This document shows, in pieces, positions 10,012-20,411 of a stretch of 64,000 nucleotides of DNA. Position 1 is the first letter of the stretch. Each line of letters begins with the position of its first letter. Under the pieces are notes generated by a model. That model was not told the origin of the DNA. It ran no database searches and saw only the letters and a program-made list of their open reading frames with translations. Source of the stretch: Spirochaetia bacterium (GTDB lineage Bacteria > Spirochaetota > Spirochaetia > SP-2023). The stretch lies in the NCBI GenBank assembly GCA_965263295.1, contig OZ253665.1, positions 2,304,001 through 2,368,000 of the forward strand. Reading direction: 5' to 3'. A program made the position numbers and the translations under genes.

Positions 10012-11835
10012 ATGCTCCACCTGCTAAGACGCTTCTACCAACTTTATGGCGCAGGCTTTCGCAAACGTTTCGTCGCCAACACGGGCATGGCCATTGTTGC
10101 TGGCTTCCTTGAGGTCGCCGGCGTGGCTTTGATCTATCCGCTGTTGCACATCCTGCTGGAACCAGACTTCATATTTAAGAATACCCTGTTAAACCAAGCC
10201 TACAATTTCTTGCAGCTGCGCAATCCGAACCAGCTGGTCGCCCTGTTGGCCATCGTGATCGTTGGGGTCTTCATCCTGAAAAACCTATACATGGTCCTGT
10301 TTACCCGCCTGCAGCTCAACTTGGTGCGCGACTGGAAGATCAAAGTGCGCGGCCAGTTAATGCGTTATTACCTGCAGAGTTCCTACATTCTCTTCTTGGA
10401 ACGCAATACCGCCGTCATGGTGCGCAATATTGATTCTTTCGCGTCAAGGGCAATCAATGGTGTCGTCCTTTCGCTGATCAACCTGACTGTCAACGTCATC
10501 GTCGGCGCCTTTATCCTGCTGGCGATCAGCTCCAGCTACTTCCTGTATCTCTTGGTGATGGTCGCCGCCGCATCCGCGGTCGTTTATTTCTTGCACAGGC
10601 GGATGCGCCGCAAACTGTATCTGTTGGGCCAGCGGGAGCAGGCCGCGGCCATTGAAGAACGCAAGGTCTTGACCCAGGCCTTTTCCTCCATCAAGGAAAC
10701 CAAAGTGAGCAACGCCGAGGAATTTTTTGTCGAAAGTTTTGCTTCGGTCAACTTTGACGTGGCGGATGCGGAGAGCCGGCTTGTTTACTATCAGCGCATT
10801 CCACCGTTCATCCTTGAGGTCATTGTGATCCTGGGCATAATGGTTATGAGCGCCGGCGCCTTAATGGCCAACCAGACTGCCGGCGACGGTTCCGCCGCAG
10901 GTCTAGTGTCTTCCCTGGGCATGCTGGCCGCGGCGGCTTTTCGACTGGCGCCACTGTTCAGCCGCGTGATCGCAGCCCTGAATGGCATCAGTGCGGGCAA
11001 GCCGCACTTGCAGGTCATAATCAGGGAAGCCGAAATGCCCGGTTTTTTCGCCGCACAAACACGGGATTTGGCCACCGCCGTGGAGCAGCTGTCATTGCAG
11101 CGCGAAATCCGTTTTCAAAATGTCCGTTTTGCCTATCCCAAAGGCGAGGTTCCGGCGCTAAAGAATCTGAATCTCAGCATTCGGCGCGGGGAGTTTGTCG
11201 GTATCGTCGGGGCCTCTGGCGCCGGCAAAAGTACCTTTGCCGACTTATTGCTGGGGCTAATTGAACCGCAGGAAGGGCAAATCCTCATTGATGACGTGCC
11301 GATTGGCGCAGAAAACGTGCGCGGCTGGCGGGCCAAGATCGGCTACGTGCCACAAGCCATTGTCCTCATTGATACCACCGTGCGCGAAAGTGTCGCCTTT
11401 GGCGTCGCCCCGCAGGAAATTGACGATGAGCGCGTGACGAGTGCGCTGAAGAAGGCCAGCCTGTGGGAATTTGTCCAGACCCTGCCCGGCGGCATCTACG
11501 CCGCAGTCGGCGAAGGCGGCAAGAATTTTTCCGGCGGGCAGCGCCAGCGCATCGCCATTGCCCGCGCCTTGTATCGCGACGTCGAAGTATTGGTGCTGGA
11601 TGAGGCCACCTCGGCCCTGGATAACGTCACCGAATATGAAGTGGCTTCGGCCATAGAAGCCCTGCGCGGAGCGTGCACGATTCTAGTCATCGCTCACCGA
11701 CTTTCAACGCTCAAACGCAGCGACCGAATTTTGTTTTTCCGCGACGGCCAGTTGGTCGACAGCGGCAATTTCACCGAACTATCTCGACACAAAGACTTTG
11801 AGTATATGCTGGAGGTCTCGAAAATTGAGTTTTAA
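10012..11835 (+). CDS. ABC exporter, fused permease/ATPase, PglK/WlaB-like glycan flippase type
   Basis: N-terminal TMD (FLEVAGVALIYP, SIKETKV, AAAAFRLAP), Walker A GASGAGKST, FSGGQRQR, LDEATSALD; close to glycan synthesis genes. Confidence 0.8.
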   Translation: MLHLLRRFYQLYGAGFRKRFVANTGMAIVAGFLEVAGVALIYPLLHILLEPDFIFKNTLLNQAYNFLQLRNPNQLVALLAIVIVGVFILKNLYMVLFTRLQLNLVRDWKIKVRGQLMRYYLQSSYILFLERNTAVMVRNIDSFASRAINGVVLSLINLTVNVIVGAFILLAISSSYFLYLLVMVAAASAVVYFLHRRMRRKLYLLGQREQAAAIEERKVLTQAFSSIKETKVSNAEEFFVESFASVNFDVADAESRLVYYQRIPPFILEVIVILGIMVMSAGALMANQTAGDGSAAGLVSSLGMLAAAAFRLAPLFSRVIAALNGISAGKPHLQVIIREAEMPGFFAAQTRDLATAVEQLSLQREIRFQNVRFAYPKGEVPALKNLNLSIRRGEFVGIVGASGAGKSTFADLLLGLIEPQEGQILIDDVPIGAENVRGWRAKIGYVPQAIVLIDTTVRESVAFGVAPQEIDDERVTSALKKASLWEFVQTLPGGIYAAVGEGGKNFSGGQRQRIAIARALYRDVEVLVLDEATSALDNVTEYEVASAIEALRGACTILVIAHRLSTLKRSDRILFFRDGQLVDSGNFTELSRHKDFEYMLEVSKIEF

Positions 11836-11875
11836 CGGCAGTACCATGAATGCAAATGCAAAGGAGGGGCAGACG

Positions 11876-12655
11876 ATGAATTATCTGGCTCTGGGACAAA
11901 GAATTTCGGCCTGGCTGCGCGATTACCTCTGCGAAAGTGGCCTAAGCTGTTTTGTCGTCGGTGTTTCCGGCGGCATTGACTCGGCTGTGACCTCCACCCT
12001 GGCGGCCCAGACGGGCGCCAAGACGTATGCCCTGAATTTGCCGATCCACTCCCAGTCACAAAATAGCCGGCTGGCCGACTTACACTGCCGCCAGCTGGCC
12101 GCGCGTTTTACGAATGTGGAGCACCTGCGGCAGGATTTTAGCCATGCCTACGACGCCTTTATGCGGGCAGCCGAGCCCGCCGGCCCTGCCCATGAGCTCG
12201 CGGCGGCCAACAGTAAGTCCCGCCTGCGCATGATGGCGCTGTATTATTGGGCCGGCAAGTGCGGCGGCCTAGTCGTCGGCACCGGCAACAAGGTGGAAGA
12301 TTTTGGCGTCGGCTTTTTCACCAAGTATGGCGACGGCGGCGTGGATGTCAGCCCGATTGCCGACTTGGGCAAGACCCAAGTGCGCGAGCTGGGCCGGGCC
12401 CTGCAAGTCTGCCCGGAAATCATCGCCGCCCCGCCGACTGACGGCCTGTGGCAGGACGGGCGCAGCGACGAGCAGCAGCTCGGTGCCAGCTACGAAGAGT
12501 TGGAGCAGGCCATGGCGGCCGAGGCCGAGGGCAAGGCCCCACAGAGCGAGCGCGAGCACGAGGTGCTGAGTATCTATCGCGGCTTCCAGCGTAGAAATCG
12601 GCACAAGATGCGGGCTATTCCGGTCTTTCGCGTTGCGGAGAATAACGAAATTTAG
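11876..12655 (+). CDS. nadE: NH3-dependent NAD+ synthetase
   Basis: VVGVSGGIDSAV, NSKSRLRM, GTGNKVE, GFFTKYGDGG, PPTDGLW; ATG 11876 behind AAGGAGG. Confidence 0.95.
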   Translation: MNYLALGQRISAWLRDYLCESGLSCFVVGVSGGIDSAVTSTLAAQTGAKTYALNLPIHSQSQNSRLADLHCRQLAARFTNVEHLRQDFSHAYDAFMRAAEPAGPAHELAAANSKSRLRMMALYYWAGKCGGLVVGTGNKVEDFGVGFFTKYGDGGVDVSPIADLGKTQVRELGRALQVCPEIIAAPPTDGLWQDGRSDEQQLGASYEELEQAMAAEAEGKAPQSEREHEVLSIYRGFQRRNRHKMRAIPVFRVAENNEI

Positions 12656-12773
12656 CTGGAAGGCTTGGCTGAAATATATCACTTTTGATCTGTGTGCGAT
12701 TCTCTTGGGCAGTATGCCTATAATCTTTAAACTAGTCGTTTTTTTTATTGAAAATGCTGTAGCGGACTGATAA

Positions 12774-13463
12774 ATGAATGTCATATTAATTCCGGCAAGA
12801 GGTGGCTCAAAAGGGTTGCCGAAGAAAAATATAATACCTTTAGCAGGGAAACCTCTTATCGGTTGGACCATACTCGCAGCCATCAACAGCCAAGTTACAG
12901 ATAAAGTGTTCGTTTCAACAGAAAACGATGAAATTGCAGAAATCAGTGAAAGATTTGGCGCCGACATTATTTTAAGACCAGCAAATCTGGCTTTGGATAA
13001 TACCAGTAGTGATGAAGTAGTACAACATGCTATTGAATATTTAAAGCAGCGCTTTAACCATCTAGAGACGCTATTGCTACTTCAGCCCACGTCTCCTCTG
13101 AGAGGGGCATGTCATATAAGGGAGGCATTGGAGTTGTACAGATCTAAGAAAGCTGATAGCGTTATCAGTGTCTATGAACCAGAACATACCCCGGTAAAAG
13201 CTTATATAGAGCGAGAAGACGGTACATTGACAGGACTGTTCAGCCCAGATGCTCCCTATTCCAGAAGACAAGTCCTGCCCAGGGCGTTTCAGCCGAATGG
13301 CGCCATTTACATTGTTTCTGTCGCATGTTTTTGTTTAAATCATCAATTGCCGAGAGAAAATATTTATCCCTATGTGATGTCTATAAAAGATTCTATCGAT
13401 ATTGATACACTAGAAGACCTCAATAAAGCAGAAAAATTTTTAAAGGAAAGAAATAGTGGCTAA
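12774..13463 (+). CDS. neuA: CMP-N-acetylneuraminate synthetase (acylneuraminate cytidylyltransferase)
   Basis: [35 protein letters not shown]. Confidence 0.93.
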   Translation: MNVILIPARGGSKGLPKKNIIPLAGKPLIGWTILAAINSQVTDKVFVSTENDEIAEISERFGADIILRPANLALDNTSSDEVVQHAIEYLKQRFNHLETLLLLQPTSPLRGACHIREALELYRSKKADSVISVYEPEHTPVKAYIEREDGTLTGLFSPDAPYSRRQVLPRAFQPNGAIYIVSVACFCLNHQLPRENIYPYVMSIKDSIDIDTLEDLNKAEKFLKERNSG

Positions 13464-14502
13464 CCCGTTTTTTGAGATATCAGGGCGAAAAATTGGATTG
13501 GACTATGAACCGCTGGTGATTGCTGAAATCGGTATTAATCATGAGGGATCGCTGAAAGTTGCTTTTGAAATGGCCGATGCAGCTGTAAAAGCAGGAGCTG
13601 AAATTATAAAGCACCAAACTCATATCCTAGCAGATGAGATGAGTCAGGAAGCGAAAAGTGTCATTCCTGGAAATGAAAATGTTTCAATCTATGAAGTAAT
13701 GGAACGCTGTGCTCTTAGCGAAGAAGATGAGATAAAACTGAAAGAATATGTTGAATCTAAGGGAGCAATATTTATTAGCACGCCCTTTTCGAGGGCTGCA
13801 GCACTGCGTTTAGAACGTATGGAGGTGCCGGCCTACAAGATCGGTTCGGGCGAGTGCAATAATTATCCTCTACTGGATTTGATTGCTCGCTTTGGTAAAC
13901 CAATAATATTGAGTACTGGTATGAATAGCATTCCTTCAATCATTAAAGCCGTTAATATTTTCAAAAAATACTGTATTCCTTTCTGCCTGTTGCATACGAC
14001 AAACCTTTATCCTACTCCTGATCATTTGATCCGAATTGGAGCGATGCAGGAGCTACAAAGAAATTTTCCCGATATTGTGGTGGGCTTATCGGATCATAGC
14101 ATTGATAACTTGGCTTGTCTGGGCGCGGTAGCTGCGGGGGCCTGTGTGTTAGAGCGTCATTTTACCGATAGCAAAGAACGCCCAGGACCTGATATTTGCT
14201 GCTCCATGGATGCCAAAGAGTGTGCAGAACTGATACTGCAATCTAAAAGGATGGCTAAAATGCGCGGAGGATTTAAAAGTAAGATCAAAGAGGAGCAAGT
14301 TACTGTCGACTTCTCTAATGCCAGCGTCGTGACAATAAAAAACATTCAAAAAGGCGAAAGTTTTACTCGTGATAACCTGTGGGTCAAGCGTCCAGGTACG
14401 GGAGACTTTCTAGCCGAAGATTATCAGGGCCTATTAGGCAAATTTGCCCGGCAGGATATTGCCAGCAATGTGCAACTTAAAAAAGGACATGTGGCGCAAT
14501 AA
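13456..14502 (+). CDS. neuB: N-acetylneuraminate synthase
   Basis: [48 protein letters not shown]-terminal AFP-like domain WVKRPG. Confidence 0.95.
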   Translation: MANPFFEISGRKIGLDYEPLVIAEIGINHEGSLKVAFEMADAAVKAGAEIIKHQTHILADEMSQEAKSVIPGNENVSIYEVMERCALSEEDEIKLKEYVESKGAIFISTPFSRAAALRLERMEVPAYKIGSGECNNYPLLDLIARFGKPIILSTGMNSIPSIIKAVNIFKKYCIPFCLLHTTNLYPTPDHLIRIGAMQELQRNFPDIVVGLSDHSIDNLACLGAVAAGACVLERHFTDSKERPGPDICCSMDAKECAELILQSKRMAKMRGGFKSKIKEEQVTVDFSNASVVTIKNIQKGESFTRDNLWVKRPGTGDFLAEDYQGLLGKFARQDIASNVQLKKGHVAQ

Positions 14503-15629
14503 TGAACAAGAAAATACTCTTTTTAACATCTACTAGAGCTGACTTTGGCAAGATGAAAAGCTTGATTTACAAAGCTGAACAAGAAGAATATCTTAGTTGC
14601 CATATTTTTGTAACGGGAATGCACATGCTCAGAAAATATGGTATGACAGCTAAGGAAGTTGTAGATGCGGGATTTCAATCCATTTATAAATACGTAAATC
14701 AGAATGCTCAAGACAGCATGGATATAATCCTTGCAAAAACGATTCATGGATTGTCAGACTATGTAAAAGAGCTTCAACCCGACATGATTGTAATTCATGG
14801 AGATCGTGTTGAAACTATGGCCGGAGCAATAGTCGGTGCTCTAAACAATATCTTGGTTGCCCATGTCGAGGGAGGGGAAGTATCTGGGACGATTGATGAG
14901 TTGATTCGTCATTCTGTAACCAAGATGTCTCACATACATTTTGTCTGCAATGATTCGGCAAAAGCTAGACTAGTTCAGCTAGGGGAATTGTTGAGTAGCA
15001 TATTTGTTATAGGCTCTCCCGATCTGGATGTCATGATTTCTTCAGAACTTCCGAATCTGGAAGAAACAAAGTCCAGGTATCAAATTGATTTTAAAGAATA
15101 TGCTCTGTTTATTTATCATCCTGTCACAACTGATATTCCTAATCTGAAAGAAAATATACACAATACAATTGAGGCTCTCATAGAATCTCAAAAAAATTAT
15201 ATAGTTATCTATCCCAATAATGACCACGGCACAGAAATAATTCTTGAAGAACTGAAACAATTACATGCAAATAGACGTTTTAAGATCTTTCCAAGTCTCA
15301 GGTTTGAATGTTTCCTGACTCTGCTAAAACATTCTAATTTTATGATTGGAAATTCTAGTGCAGTTGTCCGGGAAGCTCCTTTTTATGGGCTGCCTTCCAT
15401 AAATTTGGGTTCCAGACAAAACAACAGGGCCAAAGCAAAAACGATAATACACTGCAGAGAAATAAAATCAGATATCTTGTCTTCCATACAATCCATCGAG
15501 AATATTTGTTCTGAAAAAATAACAGAGTTTGGCAGGGGCGATAGCGATAAAAGATTCATCGCTGTGTTAAGGTCGACGGCGACCTGGGAGATCAGCAAAC
15601 AAAAAACTTTCGTCGATATCAGCACTTAA
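14502..15629 (+). CDS. neuC: Hydrolysing UDP-GlcNAc 2-epimerase
   Basis: TRADFGK, HGDRVE, HVEGGEVSGTIDELIRH, HPVTT, GNSS. Confidence 0.93.
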   Translation: MNKKILFLTSTRADFGKMKSLIYKAEQEEYLSCHIFVTGMHMLRKYGMTAKEVVDAGFQSIYKYVNQNAQDSMDIILAKTIHGLSDYVKELQPDMIVIHGDRVETMAGAIVGALNNILVAHVEGGEVSGTIDELIRHSVTKMSHIHFVCNDSAKARLVQLGELLSSIFVIGSPDLDVMISSELPNLEETKSRYQIDFKEYALFIYHPVTTDIPNLKENIHNTIEALIESQKNYIVIYPNNDHGTEIILEELKQLHANRRFKIFPSLRFECFLTLLKHSNFMIGNSSAVVREAPFYGLPSINLGSRQNNRAKAKTIIHCREIKSDILSSIQSIENICSEKITEFGRGDSDKRFIAVLRSTATWEISKQKTFVDIST

Positions 15630-15652
15630 AAATTTAACAAATAGGAGAAATA

Positions 15653-15718
15653 ATGAAAATTCTACATATTGCTAGTTTCTCTGGGAATATTGAAGCTTCA
15701 ACAAAATTGTTTGGTTAA
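15653..15718 (+). pseudogene. Truncated 5' remnant of a polysaccharide pyruvyl-transferase-like gene
   Basis: Strong RBS AGGAG then MKILHIASFSGNIEASTKLFG*; the first 13 residues resemble the GNxGD-type N-terminus of that family, then similarity stops. Confidence 0.55.
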
Positions 15719-15721
15719 GCA

Positions 15722-16516
15722 CTATATTTTAGTTAGCTCAAAAATACCACAGCCATATGAACAACCAAAATTAGATTCAATTTCTGAAGATTCTAAATGG
15801 ACGTCTTCATGGAGATCACCTTTACCATCTACGTAAGAAAAGCTGTCAATATTGTACTTTTCTTCAAATAATTTAATTAGATACCCTACAGAAAATACAC
15901 GATGGGCATTGAACTCAATTCTCTGTGGACCAATAGGAACTGAAAAGTATAACTTACCACTTTTCTTTAAAATTTTGTAGATATTATCCAGACCTTTTAA
16001 GTAGCCATCATAGTCCACAGAGTCACCATAGCGCCCTAATCCAAAATGCTCTAGAGCATGCAAGCAAGATAATGAATCGCAGTACTCTTCAAATTCACCT
16101 CTTAACTCTCCCATCAGATCAGCTTGCTTAAAGACAATGTTTTCAATTTTATTGGGTAGTAATCTGATATCTAGTACTTCAATAATGCGATACGTAGCCA
16201 CATGTGCCACGAAACCATCAATTCGAGATCCTACATCAACGTGAACACTTGGACTATTTCTAAATATTTTTTTTGCAACTAGTAAGTCTTGATGAAAGTA
16301 ATGTCCGCTTGCGGAACCAGAGCTCTCAAATCGGTCATGTAAACAAGGGTACCAATTGCCGAATTCGAATTCTTCATTTGAATTACTCTTTTGCTCTCTA
16401 AGTAAATTGTAATCCTTGTAAAATTGAGGGAGTCTCCTAATCGAAACAATGATCCTCTTGAACTTTATTCCATTAGTAGCCAAAATCTGGAGTAGTATTT
16501 TTACTAAATTAATCAT
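15722..16516 (-). CDS. DUF268-type putative methyltransferase
   Basis: GHYFHQDL, HVDVGSRIDGFVAHVA, SLSCLHALEHFGLGRYGD, FNAHRVF. Confidence 0.8.
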   Translation of the reverse strand: MINLVKILLQILATNGIKFKRIIVSIRRLPQFYKDYNLLREQKSNSNEEFEFGNWYPCLHDRFESSGSASGHYFHQDLLVAKKIFRNSPSVHVDVGSRIDGFVAHVATYRIIEVLDIRLLPNKIENIVFKQADLMGELRGEFEEYCDSLSCLHALEHFGLGRYGDSVDYDGYLKGLDNIYKILKKSGKLYFSVPIGPQRIEFNAHRVFSVGYLIKLFEEKYNIDSFSYVDGKGDLHEDVHLESSEIESNFGCSYGCGIFELTKI

Positions 16517-16643
16517 TGATCACTCTTGGATAAATAAATCTCTAATTCAAAAATCTTTATAAAATAATTTGCTCCAATTAGACTTTAGTATAATTTTAGG
16601 TTATAGACAAGATTAGAGACAATTTTGTTGTCCTGTTCTACTT

Positions 16644-17603
16644 CTACCCCTGTTCGCGTTTCGCTTTAGTGTGCATATCATAGATGACAGCTAAAGCAAT
16701 AATGGCGCCCCGTACAATCTGTTGTAAGTAAGAATTGACATTGGCCAGATTCATAATATTGTCGAGAACCCCAACGATAAAAGCCCCTGCGACTGTGCCG
16801 CTCGCCGTCCCGATGCCGCCAGAAAAACTAGTTCCACCGATGATGGCTGCGGTCAGGGCATCAAGCTCGTAGCCAATGGCCGCATTGGGAATTCCCGCAT
16901 TCACACGCGACATAAACAGCACACCGGCGATGCCGACAAACAGGCCATTAATCGCAAAGGCGGCTATTTTGCACTTATCAGAATTAATGCCAGAAGCAAT
17001 CGCGGCGGCTTCGTTACCTCCAATGGCAAACAGCGAACGGCCGAGGCGAGTATGCTGCAGGATGTACCAGGAGAGGAGAAATAAAAACAGTAAAAAAACC
17101 ACAGGCGTAGGAACCCCCAGGATACTGCCCTGCCCAAAAACAGTGAAGTTGCCAATCTGATATATATTTTGTCCATTGGTGTACAATAGAGATGCGCCTC
17201 TGGCCATGGCCAACATTGCCAGGGTCGCAATGAAGGCGGGAACCTTAAAGCGCACCACAATCAGGGCATTGATGACATTGGCAACGACACTAATGCCAAT
17301 AGATGTCGCAAATGCGAGGGCAAGTGAACCCGTCATTTTGAAAACGGCCACGGCAAGGACTCCAGAAAGCGCGAGGACAGAGGCACACGAGAGATCAATC
17401 AGTCCGCAGATGATGAGTAAGGTCTCGCCGAACGCCAATATGGTTGTCACCGATATCTGGCGCGAGACATTGGATAGATTCTCAAGACTCAGAAAGTTTG
17501 GATTGATAAATGAAGATACCAGCAACAATATGAAAAGCACAAACAGAATGCTGTAATGCTCTTGTATATATTGATACATATGCTTGATTTTTTTTGCTAT
17601 CAT
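16644..17603 (-). CDS. Monosaccharide/polyol ABC permease (CUT2)
   Basis: IDLS, PAFIATL, GGNEAAAIASGI, YELDALTAAIIGGTS. Confidence 0.92.
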   Translation of the reverse strand: MIAKKIKHMYQYIQEHYSILFVLFILLLVSSFINPNFLSLENLSNVSRQISVTTILAFGETLLIICGLIDLSCASVLALSGVLAVAVFKMTGSLALAFATSIGISVVANVINALIVVRFKVPAFIATLAMLAMARGASLLYTNGQNIYQIGNFTVFGQGSILGVPTPVVFLLFLFLLSWYILQHTRLGRSLFAIGGNEAAAIASGINSDKCKIAAFAINGLFVGIAGVLFMSRVNAGIPNAAIGYELDALTAAIIGGTSFSGGIGTASGTVAGAFIVGVLDNIMNLANVNSYLQQIVRGAIIALAVIYDMHTKAKREQG

Positions 17604-17624
17604 AGTTATATAGTCACCTGAACA

Positions 17625-19124
17625 TCATGCAGAATTCACCGCATATCTCATAATTTTTTCTTGTGAGAAATCTTGGCGATGCAGTTCCCCTGTTATCTTG
17701 CCGCCAGCCATTACATAGATGCGATCCGACATGCCTATTAATTCAGGCAATTCAGAAGAAATGAAAATAATTGTCTTACCCAGCTTGACGAAATCCATCA
17801 TCAGTCTATAAATCTCATATTTGGCCCCAATATCGATGCCCCTGGTTGGTTCGTCCATAATCAGGATATCGGGGTCATGTAACATCCACTTGGCTAAAAT
17901 GACCTTCTGCTGATTTCCGCCACTCAACTTATTAATGGTTTTTTCATAGTCTCCGGTATCCAAAGACATTTGCCGGCATATCTTTTTTACGCAGGCAAGC
18001 TCTTTTTGCTTATGAAAGTGCCCGCCATAAAAGAAATCCTTCAAAGATGCCAGGGTCACATTCTCGCGAATACTGCGCTCAGGAATAATGCCATAGCGCC
18101 GGCGATCTTCCGTCAACATGGCCATTCCATTGGCAATACTTTTAGCCAGGTTGATATCACGAACTTCTTCGCCATCTTTTACAATCTGGCCCGAAGCATA
18201 TTTGTCTAAGCCAACGATGGCACGCATTACCTCGGTGCGGCCGGCGCCCATTAATCCCGCAAACCCGACAATCTCGCTATGTTTGGTATAAAAACTGATA
18301 TTTTTAAAAATTTTATTATTAGATAAATCCTTGATCTCTAAAGATACCTGATTATTTTCAGGCAATATTTCCTTTGGAAATCCTGCTGATAGTTCGCGCC
18401 CTACCATCATCGCAATGACTTCCTGGATTGTAAAGTCCTCTTTTTTCCTCGTTTCAATAATCTTTCCATCGCGCAAGATACTGATATCGTCGGCAATCCG
18501 AAAAATTTCATCCATTTTATGCGAAATATAGATGATCCCGACTCCCTGCTCCCTAAGTTTGTGGATTTTTTGCAGCAACATTTCTACTTCATCATTTGTG
18601 ATGGCTGAAGTTGGCTCATCCATAATAATGATATCCGCGTTGCAAGAAACGGCTTTTAATATCTCCAAAATCTGGATATCCGCTATCGAGAGCGTTTTCA
18701 TCTTCATTTTGGGCAAATATTGCAATCCCTCTGTCCGCAGCAGCTCAGTCGTTGCCTTCCGTATTTCGCTCCACTTGACCTTGCCTAATTTATTCGTAAT
18801 CCATTCGCCTAAAAACAAATATTCCTCTATGGTCATTTCGGGAATATAATTTAATTCCTGGGAAATCATAACGATACCGGCTTTTTGCGCATCCAATGGA
18901 CTTCTGGGGGACAAGGGCTGGCCTCGCAGTAAGATCTCACCGCCGTCTGGCTGATAAATACCATGGATAATCTTCATAAGTGTCGATTTTCCGGCGCCAT
19001 TCTCGCCGCACAACACATGTACAGAACCACGCCGGACCGCAAAGCTAACCCGATCCAGGGCCTGGACGCCGGCAAACACCTTGCTTATGTTTGCAATCTG
19101 TAAAATTGGCTCAGACTGCGACAT
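17625..19124 (-). CDS. Monosaccharide/polyol ABC ATPase (two NBDs, RbsA-like)
   Basis: [36 protein letters not shown]; start placed at MSQSEP. Confidence 0.93.
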   Translation of the reverse strand: MSQSEPILQIANISKVFAGVQALDRVSFAVRRGSVHVLCGENGAGKSTLMKIIHGIYQPDGGEILLRGQPLSPRSPLDAQKAGIVMISQELNYIPEMTIEEYLFLGEWITNKLGKVKWSEIRKATTELLRTEGLQYLPKMKMKTLSIADIQILEILKAVSCNADIIIMDEPTSAITNDEVEMLLQKIHKLREQGVGIIYISHKMDEIFRIADDISILRDGKIIETRKKEDFTIQEVIAMMVGRELSAGFPKEILPENNQVSLEIKDLSNNKIFKNISFYTKHSEIVGFAGLMGAGRTEVMRAIVGLDKYASGQIVKDGEEVRDINLAKSIANGMAMLTEDRRRYGIIPERSIRENVTLASLKDFFYGGHFHKQKELACVKKICRQMSLDTGDYEKTINKLSGGNQQKVILAKWMLHDPDILIMDEPTRGIDIGAKYEIYRLMMDFVKLGKTIIFISSELPELIGMSDRIYVMAGGKITGELHRQDFSQEKIMRYAVNSA

Positions 19125-19235
19125 CAACTTTTTGTCGCAATTACCTTCTCGGTCTTTAAAATGCTTTGCAGCCACCAGAAATATACCGCACTGAAAAAGA
19201 AATTGTAGGAAGAGAAATTGTCGTTAGGAGATAAA

Positions 19236-20201
19236 TTATAAATTCCCCGCTCTCTCGTGTATTTCGATGCAGGAATCCACGTTGTTTTTATCAATGACTG
19301 GATTGCCAATATTAATGTCGATCTGGCTCTCTTCGCCCGTCAACAATTTGTGTGTCACAGATAATAGATTTTCAGCCAATTCATAGGCATTTTGAAAAGT
19401 TGTCGACGTCATTCTGCCCTCTTTGATCAATAAAGCGGCCTCGGCCGTGCCGTCAACTCCATACACCAAAACATTGGCAAATTCCGGCTTCCCTTTAATC
19501 ACTTCCAGGGCACCACTCGCCATATTGTCGTTCATGGAAATAATGGCGGCAATGTCATCATGTGCCTGAATCCAGTCTTCCATGTAGTTCATGGCCTCAT
19601 CTTTATTCCAATTGGCAATCTGCTCCGCGACAATCGTCACATCCGGGCGCTGATCAAAAAACTCCTTTTGCCAGCTGAGTCGCCTCTGGTCGGCGTGAAA
19701 GTTTCCCGAAGGACCGTTCAGAACGACGACATTGGCCCCCTGCGGAATCTGCTGTATGCCCAATCGGGCTTGCAATGCTGCCTGCTCATAAGGATCGGCA
19801 TCGACCGACGAAGCCCCGACAATTCCATCAATCCGAGCATTGGTCGTGATACAGGCAATGCCGGCTTGAACGACTTTTTCTGCATATGGCCTCTGCGATT
19901 CTCCATTGTTGGGCTGGATGATAATCGCATCGAATTGGTTGACGATTGCATTTTCAATCAAAGAATTCTGCTTGTCATCTGAAGCTTGACCATCAAAGAT
20001 AACCATTTCTATATCATCATAATTTTCGGCTTCCTTCTCGACAGAATTCGCCAACCAGGCTGCAAATGAATCGGCTTGAGCTCGCGCAATATAAGCGACG
20101 CGAAACTCTTTCTGATTAGCATTGCACCCAATTATCAGAAATATTTGCATAATCACACAAATATTTCTGACAACATTTAACTTTAAGCGTAAAAATTCCA
20201 T
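19236..20201 (-). CDS. Sugar/polyol ABC substrate-binding lipoprotein (RbsB-like)
   Basis: Lipobox-like IIGC, ANWNKDEA, SMNDNMASGA, YGVDG. Confidence 0.88.
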   Translation of the reverse strand: MEFLRLKLNVVRNICVIMQIFLIIGCNANQKEFRVAYIARAQADSFAAWLANSVEKEAENYDDIEMVIFDGQASDDKQNSLIENAIVNQFDAIIIQPNNGESQRPYAEKVVQAGIACITTNARIDGIVGASSVDADPYEQAALQARLGIQQIPQGANVVVLNGPSGNFHADQRRLSWQKEFFDQRPDVTIVAEQIANWNKDEAMNYMEDWIQAHDDIAAIISMNDNMASGALEVIKGKPEFANVLVYGVDGTAEAALLIKEGRMTSTTFQNAYELAENLLSVTHKLLTGEESQIDINIGNPVIDKNNVDSCIEIHERAGNL

Positions 20202-20411
20202 AAAAATTCCCCTTTATATACCTGATGGATAATATGTATAAAAAAGCTGTTAATGATTAAATATATTTTTGCCAATAACAAAATAGATAAAATACGAATG
20301 ACACACGGATAAAATATGAGCTGCAATCATAACAGAAAAAATCTTATTTTACCATCCCAATAATTCCCGTTTTAGTTCTTTTGCCCTCAGGCGATACAAA
20401 AAACCTGATTT

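Noticed and set aside
12269..12967. 232 aa minus-strand ORF and the many similar overlapping ORFs in the track
   Set aside because: Antisense or off-frame to well-supported genes in GC-rich DNA.
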